DNA of 64,000 nt from Amoebophrya sp. A120 (GCA_905178155.1 CAJINV010000018.1:662609-726608); one strand, 5' to 3'. Shown: positions 12,200 through 27,100, counted from the stretch's first letter. Program-made: numbers and translations. Notes: generated by a model from the letters alone, not told the origin.

Positions 12200-13438
12200 G
12201 CCGGCACGGTAAGCTTATCCAGCTGGAAGAACCCCCCTCTTCAGCGGACTCAGAAAACAAGAAAACGCGGCCCAGGTGTACAAGAAGAAGTACTTGTAGA
12301 ACTCCACTTTTAGCAGACAATGATCTTCACCACGGCCCGCGTAGTTGTCATTCACCTACAAAATAAATGAAGAGCTAGCGCATCACCACGCTCTTTGTCA
12401 CCACGAGTTTCGTGGGAGCGGAGGGAGGTTCTTTAAACTTGATAGTCAAAACGAAAATAAAGCGACTTTCGCTCCGCACGACACGGGTTTCCAACTGCGG
12501 GATTCCTGGCTGTCCTTCCCCTCCGTCGTTCAGGTGGTCTTTTTTACTTTAGTCACATTCTTCTTCTGGAGCAGCTCCTGGATAAAGTATATAGATATAC
12601 TTTATCCAGGAAAGGGAAAAAACAAAAAGAAGAAAACATGAACATCATCAGTCATCCGTGACGAGCATAAAAACAACACTCTGATCAAGCAGACGCTTGC
12701 TGGCGCGGGCGTCTGATAGATGCAGGACTCGTGTTCCTGAGCCTGATCATGAAGCTCAGATGACTCGTCCTGCTCCTGATCGTGGTTGAGGTTAGCTCTT
12801 CATAAGTATTCATTTTAAATTTAAACTATCACTATCACTATGCTGCTGACTGAGCATGACAAAGGTAATACTTAATTGCGCACGCGGATGAAGACCACGT
12901 GGGGGCAAAGGCGGAGGGCTTCTGGACAGGAGAGGAAGTCCACGCTCCTTCTTGTTTGAAGATGTAGTCCGCGTCGAGAGCAGAAAGCCGCTCGTCTTTT
13001 AGTCGCATACGAAAACCCCGGCCAAGGAAGCGGCACTGATTGCGCACTGCGGAGAAAGGTGTGCAGCCGCAGCGGCATTCCCCTGCTGCGTATCATACAG
13101 CAAAACCAAAAATCTAGCTGGACAAGCATGATCGGCGTTGCGGGAGTTCTGTGCTCTTACTGTGTCCCGCATTGTTCGTCGGGGAAGAACTAAGCTACCA
13201 TGCGCGACATACTTCTACCTAGTGCCACAGTTGCAAAGGAAATCTTCTCATGCATAGAATTTACTTGATCTCCTGCGCAATTGCGGACGGGAACTGGTCG
13301 CGTGCCGAGCTGCACATAGCAGTCGACGCATGCGTTTGCGTCGCCATGATCTTTATGCAAAACCAAAAACAAAACTAAAACAAAGAACAAAGCCTGCCTC
13401 TCTGCTATAGCTATGTGTGCTATTGTTGAGCACGACCA

Positions 13439-14711
13439 TCAATTTTGTGTATGATAGCCTTCCTCGCGAGGAAAAAGCTCAGCGATAATTTCGCCGGGGC
13501 AGGTGGTAATGAGTTCGGATAGTCTCGTCTCTGCACCACTGGCAGGAAAGCCATGACTGCCGGGCTGCTGGGTGTAGGGGAGAACCTCGGAGATGGAGGC
13601 CTGTGCCGTGTGTGCCTTTAGGCTGCTAGACACGGGAATTTGTTGTAGCTGTAGAAAGGATATTCCATTGCGTCCGGCGGCGCCTGGCTCTCTACCTCGT
13701 TCAGCTGGCAAGGGTTCCAGCCGCCAGTATTCCTGATGCGCGCCCGGGTACAATTCTTCCGCGGCGACTCTCAACAAACGTTCTGTCTGCGGATCGAAAT
13801 GAGCGCGAACGACCGCGTCGTCCGCGTGCCTCCGTATGAACGGACAAAACGAAAAGCCTGACACTGAAAGACGCCAAGCTCTTGCGTCCTTGGGCAAAAG
13901 AGTTCTGTTGCCGGCAGAAGAATTTGGAAACGTTGCTGCGCATCTTTTTTGCGAAACAATTTTGAAGAAGCCTTGCTCTCCCGATGGGCTCTTGGCGCAG
14001 TTTTCTCAGAATTCAGTCAAAAGAACAGCAGTGCGCAAACCGGTTGAAAAGTTATTCTGCCCAATGGCCCAAAAAGCTTTGCACTTTGTGGGTGTCTGGC
14101 TTTGCACTTTGTCCGCCCATAACCAGGCGCTTGTGTATGTTGTTCTGCATCGCGATCGCTGGAAGCTTGCGTATCATGTTCTCCATCTCTTTGAAGCCTT
14201 CTCTGGCCCGATCAGCGATGTCCGGGAAGAGAAGGAATAGGCGCCGACGTTCATTGGGCGTCAACAGGGCCTCCTCACTACGTTCATCCTTGCCGAGAAT
14301 AACATTATACAAAACGCGCAAAGTAGTTTTGTACTGTTGCTCTCCCCCCGGGCCCGCTTTTCTAATGCGTTCGCGGATTTTCTTCAGAGTTGCAATTTCC
14401 TTCTCCAGGTCCCCCTTCAGGAGTGCCATCTTCGTAACCTTTCCTGGCCCAATTTCTTGTATTTGCGCGGCTCTGCGTGCCAGTTCCGGATTCTCCTCGG
14501 CGAAAACCACGCGCGCCGAAACTAATAAATCGTAGCACTGGCTGGGGCTGGGTGCTCTCTCGACGCACCATGGTGACAAGCTTGCCCCCTGTTGTTCGTG
14601 GGCGTAGCGATAGCAGATCGGCTCAAGCTTGTCCACTATGGGCGCTACGGCTTGTTGATACTCACTCGCCTGCAAGTCCTTCCACAACACGTCGGCGCAA
14701 TCTTTTTCCAA
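13439..14711 (-). pseudogene. Possible decayed coding region of unknown family
   Basis: A protein-like 219-aa ORF continues past in-frame stops (HWAE*LFNRF...FD*ILRKLRQ) and an apparent frameshift into ORF 13439-13897. Confidence 0.35.
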
Positions 14712-17700
14712 GCGTTCTGATCAGATGGAAAACACCCGTGGCGGCATTCTGTTCCGAACGCTGGCAACATTTTCCGGCTTTGAAGAACAGCGACCCGCTC
14801 AAGAACAACCCACAACACCCGAAGACCTAATCTACCAGAACAATCGGAAGGGGGCTGAAAAGGGAACAGGGGCGCAACTAAATGAAAGAGGGCCACTCGT
14901 CGGAAGATACCCGCCCAGCCCCTGGAGGAGGCCCAGGGGCCGCTGGGAACGTGCGTATCGAAACCAAACAAGGGAAAAAGGAATCGCGAGCGGGCTTTTC
15001 AGGGTCAATGGGGGCGGAAAAAGCCTGCTCGCGCGTGCTGCTACGTAAATCCCTGAACAAGGCAAGGCGCCTGGCTGCAGATGCGGTAGCTGCGGGGGAA
15101 AATAAAAAAACGTGGCGGGCCGGCGCGAGAAGGAAGAACCCCAACGACGACCAAAGCAGCCCCGCAGCTGGGGGGGTGGTGTCTGTGTGAAAAGGGCGGC
15201 ACAACACGGCATCGCCATAGCCGCCATGACCTCGCCGGGCGCCCCTCCAGGCCTCTGAGTTTGTAGTTTGGCGCGGCAGCCCCAGGGACGAGGATGACAC
15301 CGGAACGGCTTTGGCCCTGTTATACGACCGCCCGGGGCGACGATCTGAAAGCGAAGCCCGGCCGCCCCGGCTGTCTTCTAGCTCCTCCCAAGAGCGCCAC
15401 CTAGCTATACCCAAAAGAGGAAGAGCGCCTGGCCGTCTGCGCCTTTATTTTATATTTGAAAACGCACATCAGCACCACAGGGCACGAATTCCTTCAGACA
15501 GTGCGGAAAAATAGTATAAAGGGCGCGGGGCTACAAAAGAAAGACAGAGAAAAGCCAAGGCTATGCTCTTCTCGCGCCTGGCGGGCAAGAAAACAACCCA
15601 GGGGCGCCGGGTAGCGAGTGAAGGGACACGAAGCTGGGCGCCGGGTAGAGAGCAAAGAGGCGGCGGGCAACAACGAAACCACGCGCCCGGAACGAAGGGC
15701 GCCACGGCAAGAAAAAGCGCGCGGGCGCCCCGAATTTCTGGCATCCCCCGAAAAACTTTAAAATGGGCCATATTGAAAGGACTTAACGCCGCCCGGTGTG
15801 CGTAGGCCTAATTCAGCTGGTGAGCGTCGTTCTCCCTCCCGAAGGAAGTCATGGCGGCGGGCTTCTTGCGTTTTCCGCACATCGCTGCCGCTCGCTTTTC
15901 TCGTTTCCTGCGCTGTGGTAGCTCTTTGCCCTGCACCAGTCCCATCCTGCTTGCCAGCCTCATTCCGATCGCCAACGGCGCCCCGGTGCTGGACGAAGAG
16001 ACGCTCCTGCATCTTCTTATTAAATTCCCCGACAGCGGCAGCCACTTGCGCGGCCTGCCCTCGGCCGCTGCTGCTCGGACCAGCTGCAAAAGGTCGACCT
16101 GTGGTTGTGGAGTTGCCTTGGGGCGGCTTTTTGTTTTGTTATAATTCTAGTTGGAAATGTAAATGTATGTAGCAATAATAAAAAATTGCCGGGGGTGCCT
16201 CAACGAGCTGCAAAATACATAGACCGCTCACACGCAACGGGCTCTGCGCTAAATAGCAACCAAATCAAATTAGGAATCCCAAACAAAGCCCGAAACCCTG
16301 AAACCCATCGCAGCGGCGATCCGGGACGGAAGCTGAATAGAGGAAGTCACGCCGTCCGCATGTAGGCAAGTCGGAACAGAGAGACGCGGTGGCGCACATC
16401 ATGTGCAGCTCGATCTAATCCTAGACCTAGACCTAGCCGTGATGTAAAAAAGAAAAACACACAGAGCAGGAAAGAAAAGCTGCTTGGTGCCAGTTGGGCC
16501 CGGGGAAAGGGAGAGGCGCTAGTAAATAGCATTAACGTTTTTATTTCGTGTTGAGAGTATTTGTATTTCTTTTTTTTATAAATATAAATGCAGGAAACGG
16601 AAGAACGGGAAGACGAGCAAAGAAATGTCAAACATGGAGGAGGAGAGCTAGTGAGTCACATTTTATTCTAGTCTAGCGCGCGCCTCTTCGCTAACACTTC
16701 TGCCCACATCGCCCACAGAATTCAAAGCAGTGGCGTGATAGGCTTATTTACATAGACTCAGACCTCTGCCCACGCGTAAAAATAAAACGGCACGCAGCCA
16801 CCTCGCGACCACAGTCTTCTTTGTTTTGGTTCTTGAAATCCGGCGGGCTTCGACTGTTAGTCGCACTTACTCGGGAAAATGATTGGGCGCCAGAATTGGA
16901 GAACAACAACAAGAGACGGCAACACACGAATCGGCCCCGTGGCCTTTTTTGCGCGGGCCCGCCCCACGCATCACGCACAGTTTTGGCCCTTCGTACTATT
17001 GACGACGCTGAGGCTTGGCTTCACGACGAAAAAACGGCGGCAACTACACCAAACAAACAGAAGCGGCCAGCCTGTGGCTGTGCAAAGGAACAATACAACG
17101 GCCGTAGCAGCAAGCAAATGAGGCGACGGGCAACGACATGTCGAGGAGGCCTCCCTCACATCATTCTATTCCTGCACCGGTGCGCGGCTCATCATCAGCG
17201 TGATGGCCTCTACATACTTCTCCACGACCTCGACGTTTTTCCTGCCTCCTGCCACTGAGCGATGGAGAAAGGGTAGGCAAAGCCTACCAGAAAATAAAAA
17301 TATGCATGATCCTGATAGATACCACTCCAGGGCGGGATCATTGTCGCCTGAGTCTATCTAAAAAGACATACTCGACCGGACGCCTCAATCCCACCCAGCC
17401 GCCGGCGCGGTTGCAGAGGGTCACGGCCCACATGCACATCACAGGGCTAGAAAGCTGACGACCGGCGCAGCTACGTGGCCAGGCAGCGGCTGACTGCTAC
17501 AGTAAGCTGAGGCTACTTGTTTGCTCGCTGGGGCCAGCCTTATGGCTAATGACCCTCTGCGAGGCCGCTTGTGCGCAACCACTGGCGACAGCCGCACCGC
17601 AGAAATAACCTCTGAAAACGAGCGAAGCCGAAGCCGCAGAAGCAAGCAGTGCGAACGACCAAGGCCCCCCAGACCCAACCCTGCTTGTGCGTCGCTGCGA

Positions 17701-18434
17701 GAGTGGGACCGAAGCGAGCAGGAGAGGCGCTGCGGGTCGGTCGGGGGCTGCGCGTGCGGGAAAAGGTGCAAGCCCATAGAAGGCGCGGCGCGCGGACGCT
17801 GGCAGGAAAGGCCCGCCGAAGCAACATCTCCCGGCGGGTCACTAAAATGCAAAAAAGGCCGCCCAACTGAAGCGAATGCACCCGGGGAAGGAAAGGATTT
17901 TGGATAGGGCTCGGAAGAAAAAGCGCAAGGACTTGAAGATAGCAGGGCCACACCCGCCATGCCAGAAACTACTTTTCTCATTTACTACAAATTGAAAAAC
18001 ACACAACTCCTAGCGACTGTGCCATTGTCGCTGTAGTACCTGTGTCTGCAGTGGCCCACCTCCGCAGGTAATCGCTTTGAAAGCGCCGAACGCCTTATCG
18101 TAGCAAAACCTCGAGCTCTCATTTTTTCGAAAAGTTTTTGCTTTGTCGTAGATAACTACTTTTCCTTTTCGTTGCGGCCACGTTACCTTTTTTAATTTTG
18201 CACAAAAGATAGAGTGCTTTTAGTATCGCGCTGCGACGCGAGGGGTGACCTACATCTCTACATGATCTACCGCCTGGAAGACCAGAGTCAGGCTGCTGCC
18301 TCGAGGCGGAAGAGTGACGCCTACCAGCAGCACGCTTCGCGAACGACAAATGAAGCGTGAGTGCTTATGCAGGCGGGCATAAATCTGTTTCCTAATTTTT
18401 ACTTCAATGCCTATGCCTATCCTTATGCAAGAAG

Positions 18435-20800
18435 TCAACGCTCTGCAATTTCAATAGCGATAAATACAAAATCAAAACTCATCAAAATGAATGACATACT
18501 CGACTCAAGATTGCGTGTGGATACATCGTCGTCTAGTCCCTGGACAAATACTACGTTTGTCTGCCCTGGAGTTGCGACTATATTTCGATGAGAAGCTGAG
18601 TAAGGAGGTTTCGAGCCGTGGGGACCCACGACCATCTTCTCTGGTGCTGCGTTCGCTTTCTCGAAAAGTTTCATGTTCATCAGCACTTGGCGATTAAAGT
18701 CTTCGACCGTTTGCACCTCCTGCCGGGGTATATCAGTATCCAGCCGCTGGACATATATCACGCGCTGTCCCCGTGTCATTGCGCTTGCTGCTCGCTGATA
18801 ACTCGCTGGTGGCGGGGCCGGGTGTGGCGAGAGAGGTAGTGGCGCGGGGAGGAGTGCATCTTCACTTGTTCGCTGCGCTCCCCCCTTGGCCCGGTTCTTT
18901 AATTCCGCCCAGATGTAGTGATTGAACTCTTGTACTGCAGAATGCGTTGCTGAAGAGTGTCCGCTACTTTCGCCTGTTGGGGATGACGCCAACGACGCAG
19001 CAAGGCGACGCATCAGGTCTGGTGCACCTGCTGCGCCGAGGCTGAGCTGCTGGACATATACGAGCTGCCGCCCTGTTAGGTTTTCTGCCCGCAGAAAAGC
19101 CGGCGGAGCTGCTAGGGCTGCGGGCAGCGCCGACCCGCTCGGCGCGCTCACTTCTGCTGTTTGTGCCGCCGTGGCCCTCAACAAGTGCGCCTGGATTTGC
19201 TGATTGAATTCTTCGTCCGCTTGGGCTTTACGCGTCCGGCCAGACACAACTGGGTCGACCCCCTGGACATACACATTGACGGGGTTCATCAACCCTGTGC
19301 CGCCGGCGGGTTCTCCTGGAGAACGTGCAGGACCTGGAGCTCCGCTTCGCTGGCCTGTAGCTTGCACTTCCCGGGCTGAGCCGGCGCCTTTCGAACGCTC
19401 GGCGCTGAGTTGTTCCGGCGCCCTATCTCCGGCCATCCGCGCGAACCGCCCGACAGTGGCTTGCCAAGCTCGCGAAGGGGCAGCCCCAACAGCCTGCAAC
19501 GCGGCCCCGGCGGCTCGTATAGGTGTCGAGGAAAACCTCTTCGGCCTCGACCCCTCGGGAGGGGCGGCCGGTGAGGAAGTTGGCGACGCGATATGACCTT
19601 CACCTTCTTCAACCGAAGATTCGCCGAGGACCGGGCCAGCGGTGGCGCTCCCGCCAGCGCCGCTCGCGCCATCCGCACCTTTGCCGCCCATCTCGCCGCC
19701 CCTCTCACGCGTGCCGCCACTCATCAATGTGGTGGGCGATGTAAGTCGCCTCGACGGCAGGAGGTGCGACACGCTCCTCCACACGCTTCCCGTCGCCGCA
19801 GGAGAAGTAGTGGCGACAACCCCCGTCCCCGCGGCCTCAGGCATTTGAGACGCAGCTGCTCCCCGCCGACCACTCGGGCCCGGCGGAGTTACCTGAGGAG
19901 GCGTCCTATTGCCGTCCCCACTGCCAGCCGCGCCGCTTTTGCCATCCGCGGCGCCGTTTTTCGGGATGCCCCCGCTGCCGCTCTTGTTGAAGTTGATACG
20001 CTCCGCAGCCCCCGTCTTGCGATTCTCGCTACTCCCGTTCGTGGCATCCCCCGCGCCGCCCTCCGTGCCGCCCTTCTTCGTGCCGTCCGTGCGGCCGCCC
20101 TCGTTGTCCTTGCCGCCCGGCAATATGTTGGCTTTTGAAAAAATTTCATGATTGGCGCCAGGAGAAGCTGGCGCACTTCTAGTAGCAGTGCCAGGCAGGC
20201 CTCCTTTTCCTTTCATAGCCGCCTGCTTGGCGATGGCGCCCTTCGCCGGTCTAGTAGAAGTGCGAGGGCGAGACGGGCCTCCTTTTCCTTTAATAGCCTC
20301 CTGCTTGGCGATCGCGATGGCGCCCGCCGCATCCGGGTCCAGCGAAGTCGTTGATGGCAACAGCATGTGCATGCCCTTGCCCCCGCCCTCATCGCCGCTC
20401 CCGTTGGCGTCCGTGTCGCCCTGCTTGTGCTTCCCCTTCTTGCCACCCCCCTTAGCGCCCTTGTTGTCCACCAGCTGCGGGGGAGTATCAAGATGTTCTC
20501 CATCGTCCTGAGGTGCGAGTGGGTCATGAGGAGGGGCAGGACCACGCCGGGGCCGCGGACGCGCAGATGCAGGAGGCTTGGGGGCTCCCACTCCCAGCAG
20601 CGGAAGATGTTGCGTCGCAATAATTTTTAGTCCTGCGTCTGCCCCGGGGGGAGGTGTGGAGGTTGCTTGCCTGAGGTCGGGCGAAAGGGATGCGGCACGT
20701 GGTGCTTCATCTCCTTCTATTGGGGTTCCCGTTCGGTGTTCTCGTAGATTTCGATCTCCATTTTCTTCATCTTCTACACCTCCTTCAGAGGCACGCTGAG
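18435..20800 (-). CDS. Gly/Ala/Pro-rich low-complexity protein with C-terminal repeats; probably the last exon of a larger gene
   Basis: 718-aa ORF whose frame stays open upstream to at least 20800; four VYVQ-type repeats; similar-looking open segments at 22263-22700 and 22775-23476 may be upstream exons. Confidence 0.65.
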
Positions 20801-23800
20801 GTAAAGAGACGGAGCCGCACGAAGCTTCACGGCACAGAAATGAGTGGCCCGACTGGGGTACTGACGCAGATGACTGCGTCGCAGCTCCAAGAACAAGATC
20901 CGTCCGGCTGTCGCCCGCTAGTTTCCTGAAAGAAAGCCTCCCCGTCCCCGATCATGCATATGAATAGAACTGCTGAGTGCTGACGCTGAGCAGCGTGCTG
21001 CCAGTTGTTGCAGTTGCTTCATCCGTACCACGCTGTGTTGTTCGAGATGGGAGGAGGGCCCTTCGCGCTGTTCGCAATTTTAAGTGGCCAGTAGCCAGGT
21101 ACAAGAGCAACCGACATTGACTCGCCACGACCCAGCGCTTCGCGAAGCACTCGAATGAGAAAGCGAGACTGGGGGCGTCGCTGCGCTTTGGTAATAAATT
21201 GCCAATCGCACCAGGAGCATACATTCTATTAGAAGCACACAACTAGCCCCCTCTTGCAGCGAACGCAAACGATGTGGCGCATTTTGCACATCGCCCTCGT
21301 CGTCGATGGCCTTCGCACATGCAAGGCGGGGCGATTCTTGCAAGGAATACTAGTTCGGCGTGTAGTTTCATCATGATCGCGCAACCTCCTTGCCTGCGGC
21401 AACTCAGCATCCTATGATATTGAAAAACGCCTCAGCTTCGGCATCGCCTTAATAGCCACTGACAGTGACCACTTCATGTGAAGAAGAACGAAGTCTGTGT
21501 TTGTCTCGGCTATGTGCGTTGCTTGCTTCGTGCTTCTGGTTCTGCTTCATCATCTGATGCAAAAGTCAAAAATATTCATCTGGAGCAAAACCAAAAGTAG
21601 AAACAAGGCGCAATAATGATAATTAAATCTAAATTTACATTTAGACTTACTCTTCTTTCTATATAATTTTGGTTTTGCGGTCCAGCCACGCGCAAAAATG
21701 AATACGGGGGTAATAATAGAAATAGTGCAGCTACTAGAGCTTGTGTAGTCATTGTCATTTAGGTACGGAGCTGAGCCTGCTGAGGCGTTTTTCGCATTGA
21801 TATTAGGGCCGCCTTCTCGTCGTGGTCATGCTCCGTCTGCTTGCTTCCAGAACTACTATCGGAGTTGGTCAGCAAGCCTGACTTGTGTTGATTTTGGCCG
21901 TCCGCTCGACGCCTCTCCCCGAACGATGTTTCCTGCTCTTCATCCTCCACGCTGCTTGTGGTCGATTATCCCCTGCAAGGGTATCGCCGTCGTCGTGCTC
22001 GTCGTACTAATTGCAAGCATGAACATAAAGAGCACCTAACTTTTTACTTTTCACGTAGATATTCGCACGACCACAAACCGGCCCGCTTTTCCCTTGGGGC
22101 CTCAGTCGGCATGACAAGTTCCGTTTTTCCTTGTGACAATATCAAAATTTGTGATGTAGCTAATGCACCCGCTGCTGCGCCAGCGCCGAATGACTGTGCT
22201 TTTGCCCACAGTCTCTCCGCACCAGCAGGCGCCGGAAATCAAAACTGTTGTTGATGCGGTTTCTACATACTTAATCTACTTGGTACGATCGCGACACCTT
22301 TGCAAACACGCCGTATCGACTCGGATGCATCTTCATCTTCGAGGTGCGTGGTGCTGGCATCTTCTGCCGAAGCTTTTTGCCGCTGGGGAAAGTCTGTGCC
22401 GCCAGGTGTTGTTGCCAAACCTGATTCTGCTGATTTGATGCCAGGCGCGGGCACGGGCGAGACGTTCTCTCTGCTCGACGTGGTTGTGCGACTTCGATGT
22501 CTTTCATCGAGGAGGCTGTAGTCTGAGAGAATTTCGCCAGCCGGAGGCGTGCTGGCGGCATCGCTCAAAGATGAAAGCGATCCAGGACGAGGCGCTTTAG
22601 TGGAGTAGGCTGCGCGCCTTGCTGGGCCACCGGCGTCTTCAGTGTCAGCTTCCTCGTCCTGCGCCTGGTCATGCCCACCGCCTCGTCCTGTGCTACGAGG
22701 AGACTCTCTCCAAAAATTCTTGTAGTAGTTCCTTATAACCTGCTCAGCCGTTTTTACGGTCTCAAGCTTTACAACTAAAATGAAAATCTGTGACGGCAGT
22801 CGTTGTCGTCACAGGATTCAGCATGACAACAAGAACCGGAACTCCACCAGATCCGAGGAAAATCTGGCAAAATTTGTATTGTGAAAAGCGCAATCGCAAT
22901 GGCAATAAAGCTCTGCATGTTTTTCATGCTCTCTATGAAAGGGAAAATCCAGGCTCTCTTCGTGGTAAGAACGCTTGATATTGCAAAACCTGAGCGGGTC
23001 ATATTCCTACTTCTCGTCCTCTCGTTTGATGGCGCGACCAGGTGGCGGAACTCATGTGCTGTAGCCCACCTCGTTGCCTGTTCAAAGAATGAAAATGGGT
23101 CGCGGTGCAGCTGGGTCTCATCATGATTCAGATTCCGCAAATCGTGTGAAGTTGTGCGTGGGTGGTCCGTCGGGGTCCGCGTCTGGGCTCTTTCATCACG
23201 AGAAAATAAAGAAGCAACAAGCCTTGGCTCCCCACTTTCCTTTTCGAGCGCACTTGATGTAGTTGGAATGCCGTGCGCAGGCGCAGCACTAAATGAGGGC
23301 CCGCTTGCTCCTCCCAGGTTTTTCTCATGTTGCGGTCCATCGGCTGTGCCTGTGCCTGTGCGTCGGTGCTCCCGGTCGGGTGCCTGTCTCTGATAACTTT
23401 TCCCGCTCAGATTTCGCTTGCCATGCCTCTTCTTTCTCCCCCAGTGCTTCTTTTTCTTCGCCTCTTCCAGCTTCATGCCCGACCCAAGTTCGTCCCCTCC
23501 CTGAAAGAGGCCGAGCGAGGCCGCCTTGGGTACAAATTATCGCAACGCAGCTGTTGACGCAGAGAAGCTACTGACAAGTGAAGATTCGTGCTCGCCTTGC
23601 TTTTGTTTTCTAGTCGTGGAAGATGAGTCCGCAAAGACGAAAAAAATTCGGAAATCCGGCACCTCCTTGCACGCAAGTTGTGGTAGCCCACCAGCCTCTA
23701 CTGCTTTAGCTTAATGAACGCGCATCGGCGCAGTATCGTCGCCATGCCGTATTATGTTGCTGCTCAGCTGCCTCATGGTCATGGGGTTTAGATGTAGCAT

Positions 23801-24116
23801 TTGTCTTAGAAGAGAAAATAAACTATGCTGTTCCTGGTAAAAAACTGCAATAATCACTGTCAAGCACCACCGCGCCCGATGGCTCACGGAGTAATTGAAG
23901 ATAAAGACGCTTGCGGAGCACGTGCGCTCAGGTCTTTGTCGTATCAGTCGCGCTCCTGTAGTAGAAGTAGTCGACCCGGCGGAAGCAACATGAATAAAAG
24001 CAGAAGGCTAGTAGTTTGTCCATGGGCTGCATCCTCGGCGGCCACTAACTTATCTTAGGACTTTTATGATAATGATGTTTATCTTATATCTTTAACTTAT
24101 TTATGCATATCATCTA

Positions 24117-27100
24117 CTGACTGACTGACTACTGCTAAAATCCGTGGCTTTTCGTGTTAGTTCCGCGCTGGGTTCTATCATGGATGTGCAGTGCTTTGTT
24201 ATCTCTTGGTCCTGGGAGACCCCTCATTTCCTCACACGATGGGATTGGCTGCAGTCCAGGCTTTCGTTGCGTTGTTCTGTTGGAAAGTGTGGCCCAGTAC
24301 TGTTGCTTCTTCCATCCCGGCGATTTCACAGAAGAAGAAGCTTGTTACCCGGAAACTTATGCGCTCGCCACTGTCTGCCAAGACAGAAAAATTGTACTTA
24401 GACCTGGACTGTTTCTCCCACACCTTCCCGTTTATTTGCGATAACAATTTTTTGTTTGCTTCATCAGTCTCACGTCGTTGTTGTTCCAATCTCCGCTGTC
24501 TTTCCTCCTCCATTGCTGTTCTTTTTTCCGTTTTTGGGCGTCCCGCTACTGCTCCTCTCTGCTTCTTTATCGGCTTGACCGGTTTCCGTTTTGCTAGTGT
24601 CGCTCGTAATGCTACTGCTGTTGGCTTCGTTTCTTTTAACGTTTGCATTGTGAGCCCGAACATGTAAAAATCGTCTTCTAGCTGGCGACCCCATATCGAT
24701 TTGCAAAAAAGTTCCTTCTCTATGCGCGAGACGGAACCCTCCGCCTCGTCACCTCTACACGTGTGGGCGACCCAACCTAGACGCCTGGTCGCAACTTCTA
24801 CTTCTAGGGGCTGCACACCGAGATCGGTGCACAGCTGCAGGCGGTTCTTCTCCTGGTTTTTGTAGTGCCCGCCTAGCACATGCCGCAGCGCACTATCTTG
24901 GTAGCGCCGCAGCTGCGTCGCTGCCGCGCTAGATATCGCCCAGCATTCCGAGTTATACATGGCGACTGATAGAGACAGGGATCGAAACAGGTCGGACTTC
25001 AGGTAAAGAGGGATTGTTTTGTCCCGCCATATCGGCGAGAGCTGCTGCACTACCCCCAGAGCTATCGCGCAGCGTCTTGTTGTTTCTGCGTCTGTACTTC
25101 CGTCAAGGGCTATCTCCGTACCGAGGTACTTGAAGCTTGCCACCTGTTCGATGGCTTTGCCCAGGTGGCGCACCGGTTTCCCCTCCTGCACTGCTGTGGG
25201 CTTTTGTGCTTGTTTGTTCTTCTGTTCTACTTGCCGCCCGATCCGCAGCGTGCGCAGTTCTTGCATCGTTTTGTTAGGTCTGCAAAAGCCGGTGGCTGTG
25301 TGGAAGTGAAGAGCGGTGGCATCCGGGAGGATGTCACCGCACTTCGGGCATTCGTGCGCGTTTTTATCGGCAATGACATGCCGAATCTGCCCTAGCCGCA
25401 TCAACCTGATGCTTTCTCCCTCGTTTGTTAGTGCCCAGCCGCTCTGTTTCAGTGTTACTGCTGTTACCCCTCTTGACGGCGTGTCCCACACCACCAGGTG
25501 GGTGGGAGCCAGGTCCCCCAGGCCTGCCATCTTTAGTCGCCCTGCTTCTTCTTTCCACTGGTTGTTCCAGTCCTTGCCGCTCCATTCTATCACCCACCCC
25601 CAGTCTCCGTCGTGCTGGCATCGCTCCATTTTTGCGCTCGGGTTTTTTCTTTCCTCCACTTCTGGGTTCACCGCCAGGACCTTCGTCTTTTTGGTGTTCA
25701 ACTCCAACCCGATAAAGCGACACGCGCTAGACAGCTCCTGGAGTGCGAACTCCAGGTCTTTGGCGTTGCTGTCCTTCACGACCAGGTCGTCGACGTAGCC
25801 GAGCCACGCCAACGCCTGGGCCTCTGCCTGCTCCCGTGTCCACTTCTGCTCTTCCACCATTGTTGCAATGAACTGTGCGAGAGCCCAGTCCACGCATATG
25901 GCGAAGAGGAGTGGGGAGAGGGCTGACCCCTGTCGAATTCCCGACCGCTGTCGGAAAGTCGGGGCGTGTTTGCCTTCGCCTAGTCGTATAGTTACTTTTG
26001 CGTTTTGTTCGTACATGTTGTAGATTATTCTGCAGATGTTTTCTGGGACGCCCTGCAGGCGGAGCACGGTAAACATTACATCCCACGACAGCGAGTCGAA
26101 GGCTTTCTGGAAGTCTATGAACGCGTAAAGCGCCCGCCTCCCTTCTTTGTTAGACCGCTCCACGTCGCGCAGCAGTTCGAAAACTGCATGTCTGCACGAC
26201 AGCCCGCGCCGGCACCCTTTTTGTCGCGGGTCCAGCTTTTTGCCTGCGTCTGCTTCGATCCTGCGAAGAATCACGAGACCGAGCAATTTTTCGCCGAGTG
26301 TGATCAGCGCGATCGGGCGCCAGTTTGCTGGGTTGGCCTGCACGCCGTCCTTGTGGAGCATGGCGACCACCGCCTCGCCCCACTCTTCCGGGATTTTTTC
26401 CCCCGCGAAGATCCGACGCACCAAGGCCGCCAGCACCGACTTGACTGTGTCGCATTCTTTTGCGAATTCCGCCGGGATCGGGCCGGCGAAGGCCCTGCCC
26501 GCTTTCAGCTCTTTGAGCGCTGCGGCCACTTCATCCCGCGACGGGACCGCGTCCAGCCCTTCGCACCACGTTGGCCCGGGCTCGTTTCTCTCTATCTCTC
26601 TCTCGCACCGCTTCCAGGTTTTTGTTTGCCGGACTTCGTCCGGCGGCTGTGGTCGCGGCTTGCCGAAAATGTCGCCCCAGAAGTCTGTCCAGACCTTGGC
26701 CGGGCCTGGCAACTCCTGCGGCCGCTTCCGGCCTCTACCCGCCAGTTGCCGCACTGTGTCGAAAACTACTTTTGTATTACCGCACGCGTCGGCCTGTTTC
26801 AGCGTTTCTATTTTGTTCTGTACCCATGCGGCTCTGTCGGCTTTTACTAGTTTGTTGATCTCCCTTGTCAGCTTGGTAACTTTGCCGGCGCCGCTAGCCT
26901 TGGCCTTCCTTCGTTCCTCTATTTTGTTCCAAGTATCTTCCGATATCCATGGCTTTTGCGGCCCACTCGCAGGCGCGAGCTTGCGAAGTTTCTCCAGAGT
27001 CGCCCCCAGATCTTTCTCGAACTCCGTCCACCAAGCCCCTGCACTTGTTGGACCGTTTTCGATTTGTTCAAGCACCTCGGGCGTGTACTTGACCGCCAGC

